From NCBI GenBank assembly GCA_905250005.1, contig CAJNOH010003090.1, positions 1 to 15,853 of the forward strand: a DNA stretch of 15,853 nucleotides. The letters are read 5' to 3'. This DNA is from Rotaria sordida (taxonomy: Eukaryota). Below the pieces are notes generated by a model. It made no database searches. It saw only the letters and a program-made list of their open reading frames with translations, and was not told the DNA's origin. The translations under genes were made by a program, and so were the position numbers. Shown here piece by piece: positions 1 through 10,140 of this stretch (positions within the stretch are counted from its first letter, which is position 1; each line of letters starts with the position of its first letter).

Positions 1-1971
1 TAGAATACAGGATTTCACACAACCAATCGTCTTCTTCCTTCGTTAAGCATTTAGTTAATCGAGGATATCGATTTTAAGTCTGTTCTCACACTGTTCAGAA
101 TAAGATGCCTTCGCACCTATCAGTAATTCTTTTTTTGTTCCATTGTGAATGTGTTTAAGACACATTTCTTCAACTTCATCTATACACCTAAATCTCTCTG
201 TTCTCAAGTTCTTGATTTCATTGGAATCTTATCATATTTTGTACTTTTTCAATTCCTTCCAAATCTTCTACACCTCTATTTCTTTCCCTTTTCTATATTT
301 CTTGGAAATTCTTGTGTTTGCTAGGCTTCCAGGAATTGTTAGGTTCTCTGAATCCACATGATACTGGTAATATTTGTATTCTATTGATTCTCTCCTTTTT
401 TTTCTGTAAAATTCCTCAAATTCATAAAGTTCTTGCAGTCTCCAGACAACTTAACTTCATTGAATTTTTTCGATTGCCGGGATTCTGTAATCTTCTTTAT
501 GAAATTGAGAAACAAATTTTCGAATAAAGCTTACCTCTTTTTGTGATAGAACTACCACTGGAGATGCGTCATCGAATAGCTAAGGTAAGAGAAATCTTGC
601 CGTATTATGCGAAACTTGCATAGCTTAACAATGATGTATTGGTGGATTGATCTCTCTGACTTTAACTTACAAAACACTTGAACATCAGCTTTCCATTTAT
701 GAGCAAAAAAAATGTCTCAATTCTACAGGATGTAGATCGTTTATTCTCAGAACCATTCGATTCTACCCGATTCCTATTTGCTTAACTCTTGTGTCATTTT
801 TCTCACAATCAAAAGGTGATTCTCATCGACTTGTGATGTAACATAGTTACTATTTTTACGTATATTTTCAGTTCATGTTTCTATTACTTGTTTGATCATA
901 AAAGTTTCTAGATCCTTTTTTTTCATTACTATGATATTAAGAATCTGTTGCTGCTTTATTTGACGATCTATTTTTCTTAGAACTATTGAAATTCTGTTGT
1001 GTTTTCATTCTGACATGAAACAACATATTTATTAAGTTTGGAAATTTCTATAATAAGAAAAGAACGCAAGAGAAGCATGTAGGATTGAATATCTGAAAGT
1101 ACAATATGGTTCGAAGAAAGAATTGTAACACTCATACAGTGAAAATTCAGCTAAGGTTTTCTATTCGTTTTATAAATGAATAAAACGTTCAGTGTGAATA
1201 GAATTGTTTGAATTACAAAGCAATCGATTTGTTTTCTTTGTTAATATTAGAATATTGTTATATTTATCGTGATGATAAGAGAAACTACATTCTTCTTTCT
1301 GCATCCTTTGACTTCGCTTAAACTAGACAACTGAATTTAGTACAACAAGAAATTTTCAGAAAAAATCAAATATACAGTTTCTTTTATTGCATAACAGTTC
1401 ATTAAATAACTAAATTAATATAAAAAAAGCAAGAACACATTTCATAAACAACAAATAAAAATAGAATCTATTGTAAAGTTTTTGTTTTTTAGAAGTATCG
1501 AATTCCAATAAGCAAAAAGTAGTAAAAATATAAGAAAGAAAAAAAACGAACTTTCATACAGATAGCTCTGAAACTTCAATAGTATTTATATTACTGCACC
1601 AGAAAATCATTAGTATAACCATGTAGCATAATAATTAATGATTTTAACACAAAATTCATATTCAAGTGACTTACATTCAATTGATCGCCTATTTAAAAAA
1701 ATGTTGCTCAAAATATATTAGTCGATATTATTAATCACTCATGTGATTTTCTAACTTCTTTTAATCATAAGTTGCAAGACAGTTGTAAGTTACATTGGTG
1801 ATTGAAGACAAGTGACGAAATGTGAATTGATTTTTAAACCTTTATTACTTTCATCAAAATCGTAGATACATGTAGAGGTGTAAGCCGTGCGGCTGAGCCG
1901 CCGTCGCCGCCGATAAACTCGAAAAATTTTAAGCCGCCGCCGCCGTGACAGTAGAAATTTTAGAAATTTTT

Positions 1972-2056
1972 AAGCCGTCGCCGCTGAGGCACTTTAATTA
2001 CAGCCGCCGCGCCGCCGATAGTATTCGAAATTTTAAAATTATCGAGCCGCCGCCGC
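1972..2056 (+). repeat. Copy 1 of an internal direct repeat of the hAT-like element, GCC-rich
   Basis: AAGCCGTCGCCGCTGAGGCACTTTAATTACAGCCGCCGCGCCGCCGATAGTATTCGAAATTTTAAAATTATCGAGCCGCCGCCGC; matches 2915-2999 with 4 differences over 85 bp by eye. Confidence 0.9.
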
Positions 2057-2535
2057 CGGCAACTATTGTAAATATCGATAACATTTCATTTATATTTTCC
2101 TTAATTCGATACTTTTACATCTTAGAACCCCAATATATCTCTTTTTCATTAACTTTTCCGCCTTCACCTTCACTTTCATGCTGGTTCTCTGACCAATCAG
2201 ATGCTAGGGGTTCTAAATTGTGAATGAACCCTTAATTCTGTGTTGGTTGAAAATTCTAAGTTATCATTTTAGTTTATGTCTCTTATATTAGATATATTTA
2301 GAAATACAAGAAGAGACGAGCATTTTAAATTTTAATTAACAAAAACAAAATAAAAACAACAAACTTGAGTATGCTAAGTGCTTTTACTTATTAACAATCG
2401 TGGTGGTGATTTCTCATTTATTATTTATCCTGGCAATTATATTTATTTTTAATTATAGACTTTTTTATTATGTCTAGATGTGGAATAAAGTTTTTCCACA
2501 TATGTGTTTGAAAATAAAAAGGTCAAGATATTGAA

Positions 2536-2874
2536 ATAGGCCTTGTCTACACTACAAATTTTGACGCTGAATTAAGAAACATGATTGGTTGAACAGTTAA
2601 TAAATATTTAAAACACTTTTAAAAAGTGCATTAAATTTATTGCACATTTCAGAACAACATTAAATTTGATGCACCAATCAATGTCTGATTCGATTTTCTA
2701 ATGAGACTGACACAGTTTTAAATGGAGGAGTCCTCTATGATTGAAGTGAACAAAAACCACGATTCATTTCGACGTCTAGGATTCTGATTGATGCATTAAC
2801 TGTCAAATGTAGACACGAATTGATGTAACACGAATTTGATATTACATTATATTCCTAGTGTAGACAAGGCCATA
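2536..2874. mobile_element. Short nested TIR element/MITE (2539-2871, 333 bp) with ATA flanks, possibly PIF/Harbinger-like
   Basis: GGCCTTGTCTACACTA at 2539-2554 is the exact reverse complement of TAGTGTAGACAAGGCC at 2856-2871; both sides are flanked by ATA (2536-2538, 2872-2874). No coding capacity. Superfamily assignment is tentative. Confidence 0.75.
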
Positions 2875-2914
2875 GACTAATATTTTTATGATAATGTAGT
2901 ACTTTTTAAACTTC

Positions 2915-2999
2915 AAGCCGCCGCCGCTGAGACACTTTAATTACAGCCGCCGCGCCGCCGATGGTATTCGAAATTTTAAAATTTTCGAGCCGCCGCCGC
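2915..2999 (+). repeat. Copy 2 of the internal direct repeat of the hAT-like element, GCC-rich
   Basis: AAGCCGCCGCCGCTGAGACACTTTAATTACAGCCGCCGCGCCGCCGATGGTATTCGAAATTTTAAAATTTTCGAGCCGCCGCCGC; same orientation as 1972-2056. Confidence 0.9.
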
Positions 3000-5900
3000 T
3001 GTGCAACCTTAGAATATCATATCTGCGCCGCCGAGCATTTTTAAAAAATTTTAAAAAACTGGCGCCGCCGCCGATCAGCCTATCGGCTTACACCTCTAGA
3101 TACATGTAATGCAATGAAGGTCTTATTGTTCTATCTGCATCAGCAGAGTTGATTGAAAAGTGAATATTTATAGCTAGTTATCATAAAGAAGTTCTAATTA
3201 TAAATCGGATGTCCTAAAATTATTACAACACATCGTATTTTGTATATATTTGATTATGAGTAATTCACACAAAGGGTAATATTTGTTTTTCAAAAGATGC
3301 ATCGCGGAAAAGCTCAACAACAATTACTAGATTAATCTCTTACTAAAATGCTTCGATGTTTTTTTTTCATATAATCTAAATAAAATACCTACATATTCTT
3401 GTTACTTCCCATTTTATTTAAAACATTAGAAACTTTTCGAAGATCTTTTTCTATTTTGTAGTGAAAATTTACTCATACAGGTTTTGTAGAGCTTTCAACA
3501 GCGTATCTTTTGAAAAAGATAATCGATAATGTATCGTTTTCTGAAGCTAAGATATAGGAAAAGTGAAGAGTTAGTCCAGCATTTTTTGTAGAACTTTTCG
3601 CGATACATCTTTCAAGAAAAACCAGTCAAACTTTTTGTCATTTAATCATGATGAGATCTAGGCCAACTACGGTGTGCTGAAATAGATTGCAAATATAAAT
3701 TTTTAAATGTTATACTTAAATTGATATTGAATATGGTTTGTATCCAATTCATACACTCGTTAAGAGAGTACATTATTATCAAAAACTTTTTAAAAGCTTT
3801 TCTCAAATGTTTTTCCATTCTTTTTCATTAAACGTTCTTTTATAACTTAAGTAGGTAAAGAAGCAACATGTCTATATTGTATTTTAACATAAAACTCCAT
3901 ATGAACAGAAATAAATATAATTCATTGTTTATTCTATAATAAAACACTTTCTTCATAATGATGTCAACTGACTATAGTCGATATTAATCGATAATTCATA
4001 CATGACAAAATGAACACAATTAAAGGCAGTCGAATCATTTTTATCATTATATCTTCACGTGTTGCTTTACTCAATTTTCTTAAACAAAAGGTAGTTTTTC
4101 TTAAAAACATGATATTTGAGTTAAATGCATAGAAAGATAGTATGAGATCAAATCTTTCAATAATGACAATACTTTTTATGCAGCACTTCGTATTTTTGTT
4201 TTCAAAAATCGTTGCCATTTTCTGCTTGAAAGATGCGATTTTTCGGATGAAGTGAACACCATTTTTCGCTTTTTCTCAGTTTATAATTGCTTTTGTGATT
4301 GCACATTGCGCCATTTTCACAGGAGCTTCATTGTAGCCTATGTATTCTTCTCGAATTTGAAAAAGTATGTCAAGATACAAGGTGTGAATTTTTGAAAACA
4401 TTGAACTTTTCATGCCTGTGTTTCCCTGAAAAAGTAAGAATCAGAAAAAGACAGAGAACTCCACCAAGCATTACATACTGAGTGAATGCGAATGTGAATT
4501 TAGAAGGAAAGAATAAGCTCACATTCACACCTACATTGATCTTTTTTGTACAGTTGAAAAGTGCGTTTACTTCTGTACAAAAAGTTGTTTCTGATATGCA
4601 TTTCATTGTGAGAATAACTTTCGCATGAAATTAGAACTTATGTAATAGTATCTCAAATTCAGAATCTTTTTATCTAATGTTAGTGCGTAACAGAGAAGTC
4701 TTTCTCTACAGATTCGGTACTTTTACATACATAGAAACGTGATTTTATATGATGAATAAAACATGATGATGAAATATGTCGAAAGTAACAGTGTTATATT
4801 TAAATAAGACGTATCATTCAAAACAAGATAGTAACTTGTTTCAAATGATTCAAGATGTAAAATGTAATATTTTGAGACCTTTTTATTTTTGCTTTTTGGA
4901 CTCAGAAAAGTAGAATTATGTCTTGAAACAATAAGATTTTCTTGTTGCTCTGATTTTAAATTCTAGATGCAAAATAATTAATAAAAACTGTAATTTTTGT
5001 GTTGGAAAGTTGTTCACTAATGTTAACTTTCTTTTGAAACAACTCCAAGTTCTACGTTTTTTGTAATGGCATAGTGTAAAGAGATTCTCAGTTTATGGCT
5101 TAAAACCCCTATCATAAGTTAACCTTTAGTTTAGGTCGCTTTATGGAACTGAAATCTTCCAGTATACACAAAAAAAACATACTTTTCATTAAGATTAATT
5201 ATCGTTGGAAACTGTGGTCCCGAAGACGAATCTTTTAAGAGTTTTAAATGACATGTGAGCCTAGATTTTATCTTAACTAGTAAAAATACATCATGATAAT
5301 ATTGTCTTTTCTTCTCTTGAACTCTTTGTCTTGATATAATTGTTAATTTTTCACATCAAAAAATGTGTAAAAACGAAAAACTATATACGAAAAGAAATGT
5401 AACATAAGAATCGATTGACTCTACAAGCACAGCATAATACACGAAATAAAAGAATTTGTAATGAGCTTAACATTTTGTAGAGAAATTATATGAAAATGAG
5501 AAAAAAATAGAGAAACTCTTTAGCATACATTTAATGAACGCAAGAAAAATCCAAATTCTTTTGAAATTAAAAAGAAAAACAGTATAATAAATAATTGAAT
5601 ATTTTTAATAGAGTTGCTACGTAATATCTGATAATATATCTTTAAAAGAGAGTGTTTATTAAAATCTACATGAATATAATGAAGATTTTTCTTTTTAATC
5701 TTTTTTTGAAGTACTCATATTCTTCCAGGTTCTTTCTCGTTCTGTCTATTAGTCGATAAAAGGATGTGAAATTTCAATGTTTTCTATATTTATATATATG
5801 TACAGAAGTACTTATGACGGTATGAGTGGAAAGAGAAGACACACACCTACACCATCGTTGGACCTATTTACTTTGAATATAAGAGACACCATCAGAAAAA

Positions 5901-6175
5901 CTCAATAGGAGTTTTAAAAAAAGAATCAAGAGTGTACGATTGATCTCTGTTGAAATATTTGAAAAATACCAAATGTCGCAAAACTTATAGTACACCCGGT
6001 ATTCATAAAGTCAAAACGAGAAACGAAATAAATAACTTTTTGATGCTGTCACCTTCTTCAAAACAAAAACAAAGAAAACACCCATTAAGAAGAGAGATTC
6101 GAAAACGAATCAGAACTTGAAACGATGTTGATTTTACAATAATTCAAATGGACTTTTCACTTTTTCTCTATATAG

Positions 6176-7153
6176 AGTGTTACTCCTTTTCTTTTCTCTC
6201 TTACTTTATCATATGATCCTCTCATTGCTCCCTCTATTTCAATTTATCCATTACGTGGAAGTGCCATTGACATTCATCCAAATGGTCGATGGCAACAGAA
6301 TGGTTTCACTGTCGCTGGAGGAACTGGAAGAGGCAATGAAATCAATCAACTCTCATACCCAAAGGGATTATATGCGGATGATGATCAAACAATTTATGTC
6401 GCTGATACAGACAATCATCGTATTATGGAATGGAAAGTGGGTACGACGAGTGACCAAGTGGTTGCCGGTGGAAATGGACAAGGAAGTGAGGCTCATCAAT
6501 TGTCTTACCTAGAAGATGTGCTTGTTGACAAAGAGACAGATGGTCTCATCATAAGCGATTATTCGAATAAAAGAGTAGTTCGATGGTCTCGTCGAAATGA
6601 GACAAGTGGAGGAACAATCATATCCAACATCGATTGCGTGGATTTGACAATGAATGAGAATGGATCTCTCTATGTCATTGATATAGAAAAAGATGCAGTG
6701 GAATGATATCGAAGAGGAAAATCGAAAGGAACAGTAGTTGCAGGTGGCAATGGATGTGGAAATCGTCTCGATCAACTCAATCGACCAACATACGTATTTG
6801 TCGATCGAGATCAATCAGTGTACGTATCTGACTCTTGGAATCATTGTGTGATGAAATGGATGGAAGGTGCAACACAAGGCATTGTCGTAGCTGGTGATCA
6901 AGGAGAAGGAAATGGTCTTATACAATTATCATTTCCTCAAGGAGTCGTTGTTCATCAATTAGGCACTGTCTATGTGGCTGATTATTGAAATCATCGAATC
7001 ACGCGTTGGCCCAAAGGAGCTACACAAGGAAGTGTCACTGCTGGTGGAAACGGTGACGGAGAACAATCGAATCAACTCTATTATCTCTATAGTTTGTCAT
7101 TTGATCGACACGACAATCTCTATGTCGTCGACTACGGAAATCATCGAGTATAA
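6176..7153 (+). pseudogene. NHL-repeat (beta-propeller) protein fragment, degenerate
   Basis: A single frame reads ...NGRWQQNGFTVAGGTGRGNEINQLSYPKGLYADDDQTIYVADTDNHRIMEWKVGTTSDQVVAGGNGQGSEAHQLSY... then, past TGA at 6704-6706, ...GTVVAGGNGCGNRLDQLNRPTYVFVDRDQSVYVSDSWNHCVMKWMEGATQGIVVAGDQGEGNGLIQLSFPQGVVVHQLGTVYVADY, past TGA at 6986-6988, NHRITRWPKGATQGSVTAGGNGDGEQSNQLYYLYSLSFDRHDNLYVVDYGNHRV, TAA 7151-7153. Repeating VAGGNGxG...QLxxPxGVxVD...VYVxDxxNHRVxxW units are NHL-type. No in-frame ATG before the upstream stop TAG at 6173-6175. Confidence 0.85.
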
Positions 7154-7214
7154 AAATTTAACATTGTCTCAAATGGTTAAAACATTATGCGAATGCTACT
7201 TTTTCTTTGCTTCT

Positions 7215-7220
7215 CAATAA
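7215..7220 (+). promoter_or_regulatory. Candidate AATAAA polyadenylation signal downstream of the NHL fragment
   Basis: AATAAA located ~60 nt after the terminal stop, but such hexamers are common in AT-rich DNA. Confidence 0.35.
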
Positions 7221-7646
7221 ATGTGATTCGATTGCTTTATATCCTCGTTTTTATTGTATTCACGTACGCGACCTCGAACTGTCTGTAACCGTTCCTAGCC
7301 TATGTTTACAGTCAATCCGGAAGACCTATTAAGGTTTTATATAGAAAAAAGAAATCAGAACCCACCCGGATGATACCTGAAAAAGAAATAAAATGACTTA
7401 CTTGTCACTAAAAGAAAAAAAAACATAATTCATCAAAGAGATCAAGCGATGAGTACAGTATGATTCACTTGTTTTTACTAGTTTTTATCCAGTTTGCTGC
7501 ATTTCTACAAAGAAAGAATCAGAAGCTCTTTATTTCTATACTATTTGGTAGAACATTGATTACTCTTTCTAATTATATGTTTTCATTTGATTCATAGTTC
7601 GATTGAGAATTCCTTTTTTTTTATCAAACTATCTATTCTTCATCAA

Positions 7647-7668
7647 ATATATATATATATATATATAT
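7647..7668. repeat. (AT)11 microsatellite
   Basis: Uninterrupted alternating AT run in ...catcaaATATATATATATATATATATATcagtt. Confidence 0.9.
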
Positions 7669-8040
7669 CAGTTTCTCAAAATATTTAATGATTTTCTAAA
7701 AATTTTTTCAAGGATATTTTAAATTCTTTATTCTTATCGAATGAATTATAGCCACGTGAATCATCGCAATCTTTTCAATTCAGTATATCGTTGAATGAAG
7801 AAAAAATTGTTGCATTGATTTATGTAATTTTAGTTTAATTTAATTTTAAGATTTTGTAGGTTAATTCGAGATTATTCGTTTAGTATCGAAAAATCTAGTT
7901 CTGCAAAAGTGTCTAAAATTCGAACAATGAAATTGAATTTTCTTCATTAATTTCAAACAGTGTCGTTTAATACTTAGTGTGACACTAAGCTTGATGGATT
8001 TATTCCATTTATAATGATTTCCGCAACAATTGGATTCTTG

Positions 8041-8089
8041 AGGGTGTGGGTGTGGATGTCGGCATATTGTATTCTAACACCCACACCCT
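8041..8089. repeat. Telomere-like inverted repeat (TGTGGG-type), 13-bp arms, 23-nt spacer
   Basis: AGGGTGTGGGTGT (8041-8053) and ACACCCACACCCT (8077-8089) are exact reverse complements; motif matches the hexamer TGTGGG reported for bdelloid rotifer telomeres. Confidence 0.8.
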
Positions 8090-10125
8090 TCGGTAGAATG
8101 AAGACTTGTTTTAGTTTTGATATTCTTCTTATTTTCGATATTCGTCCAAAATTTTTATTCTGAAAAGCAAAAAAAAACCAAATGATAATAGTTAAATACA
8201 ATTAAAACATACCTTCTAGAGAAATATTGGTAAGAATAATCACTGGCGACTGAAGACGAGATACGTCGTTACCCATCTACGCATCGTTCACCACCTATTC
8301 TTACCCGGCATTGTCTTAGTGGTGCTATCGTCAATGTTTTCCAACACTTTCATGTTAGGATTCAGTAGAAGCGGAAAAACGGACCTTGGATCCTACCAGT
8401 TTCTAGAGATCAATTCACATGAGTTCACCAGAATTCATTTAGATTTCGTGATTAAAGAGCTTCTTTTTCCTCCTTTGTTATATTTCTTTCTTGAAGCTTT
8501 GTAAATCCTGTGGCTTATAGAATCCATGCTTGCACAACAATAAGAAAATGTGTACACTCATTTTCTATCGACTCTTATGATGCAGAATGTTTTTATTCTC
8601 GTTGCATACGTGAATATTCTTCAGAAAGTGCGCAGCAGCAATAGCATAAATGTTTTTGTTCTGGCTTTTTTTAGATTAAGACATTTCGATGATAGAAGCA
8701 ATGAGAATTGACCATTTGTCCAAACTACTACTATGGAAATGGCATCCCGTCAGATTGCTCTAACAGGTAGAGCTTTAATACCAGTAGATTTAGCTCTAAA
8801 AATCTACGCTCTTCTCAATGTAACATCTTCAGAGCCAACTTCAAAGAAAAAGCTCGATCAATATCAGCTATATTTATAACATTTAATGATCATAAAATTA
8901 CCGCTGATCTCAATGTATACAGAGGACGAGTGAGTGAAGAAGAGACACACCCTCACTCATCCTTTTCATGGTGCATCTTTTTAAAAAAAAACAAGTTTTT
9001 GTCACTTATCTATGCTGAGATATATGCAAAATAAAAAATTCATAATTTTTGAGGAAATCTTTTTTGTACTGGAAGAGAAGATTATTGAATAGCTTATGCC
9101 AATACAACTCGGATATTGATCATTTTTTATTTTGATACAAAAAAGGCGAACTTCAACTAAGGACAATCATTAAACGATTCAACAAAACTCTATCTGATTG
9201 CAGTTGTGAAACAAGCACATTCATTTCTTTTATCATAGTCATTCAACAAGAATCCGATTTCTTATGAAAAAATTAGTCATTTTGTCTTATGTAAAGAAAC
9301 AGCCTTGGTCCGAGAAATCCAAAACAAATGATGATATTTTTATAATGACACTCGATAACAAAGTAAAGATGATAAGGAGAAAAAAAAGCTTCTGATAAGG
9401 AGGGCATACATTTTCTTTTTTTGGTTCTATTCAACAAGTAACACGTGCACTATGTCGCTCTATTAAAAAAAGTGATATTTAAGACGAAAAGAAAATGAAA
9501 AAAAAAGCAGAGATGAAAGAAGTTCTATTCAATCTATTTGAGTTTTTAATTTACCGTTCATGTTATGTGTACACTTCGTAATCGCGCTGCTTCCTCAAAA
9601 CCGTATCTTCTTCATCCTTTTCTTTTATTTGTACTTGTGCGAGACAATGAGACAAAACAAATCAGCAAATGTCATGATTATTAAGTATAAATGGAATCTT
9701 CATGTAAGAAGTTTGTCGACAAGTAGAATCTCATAGTAACTAACTTTAAAAACTAGTCCTCTCAAATCTTACGTTACGATTTTACCGCAAACCCCACCCT
9801 ACAGACTTTTGTCAACGTTTACTGGATATATTTGGATCATATAGATTCATAATGAACTGTTTTAATTTGCATTGTCCACGTATTTTGCATATCATTTACG
9901 TGTTAGTTAGAGAGAGAACATAGCGTTTTTCGTTCCCGATGTGTTTAAAAACCTCCACAAAATAGTGGAATGATCACTAATTTATTACGCGTCGATATAT
10001 TTACTTCGCTTTTGTTCCTATTTTTGTTATGCCAACAGTATTGTACCAAATATCAAATGAAAAAATGACTCTTAAATCTTTCTTCTTGAGCTATACACGA
10101 GTATTGTTTTCTAAATATTTTTTTC

Positions 10126-10128
10126 CAG
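10126..10128 (+). promoter_or_regulatory. Possible 3' splice acceptor of a 5'-UTR intron upstream of the SDR gene
   Basis: TTTTCTAAATATTTTTTTCCAG ends 12 nt before the ATG; pyrimidine-rich tract plus CAG. A donor was not identified with confidence (GTATTG near 10038 is one option). Confidence 0.3.
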
Positions 10129-10140
10129 ATTCCGATCACT

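Larger units (their letters stand above)
1865..3106. mobile_element. Non-autonomous hAT-like DNA transposon (element 1873-3098, 1226 bp) with flanking 8-bp target-site duplication
   Basis: GATACATG at 1865-1872 and again at 3099-3106 directly flank inverted termini TAGAGGTGTAAGCCG (1873-1887) and CGGCTTACACCTCTA (3084-3098); after a 3-nt mismatch the inverted repeat resumes (GGCTGA / TCAGCC). The 8-bp TSD and TAGAG terminus fit the hAT pattern (T/C-A-R-N-G). No transposase ORF inside. Confidence 0.85.

Noticed and set aside
1945-2223. 92-aa ORF (MTVEILEIFKPSPLRHFNYSRR...)
   Set aside because: Lies across the GCC-rich subterminal repeat of the hAT-like element; no recognisable domain. Treated as spurious.
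6177-6512. 111-aa ORF overlapping the NHL fragment in another frame
   Set aside because: The homologous NHL frame is offset by one base; this ORF has no repeat pattern and is an overlap artefact.
6509-6814. 101-aa minus-strand ORF
   Set aside because: Antisense shadow of the NHL fragment.
6704-6988. In-frame TGA codons as selenocysteine or reassigned Trp
   Set aside because: The aligned repeat positions are not conserved Cys/Trp, and a TAA follows at 7151; other genes in the window use TGA as a terminator. Nonsense mutation is simpler.
8227-8304. 10-bp inverted repeat GGTAAGAATA / TATTCTTACC
   Set aside because: About one such match is expected by chance in a window of this size at that spacing; flanks show no TSD.
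8733-8879. 48-codon open frame MEMASRQIALTGRALIPVDLALKIYALLNVTSSEPTSKKKLDQYQLYL
   Set aside because: Composition looks somewhat protein-like but it is short, with an upstream in-frame stop, no recognisable family and no clear splice sites.
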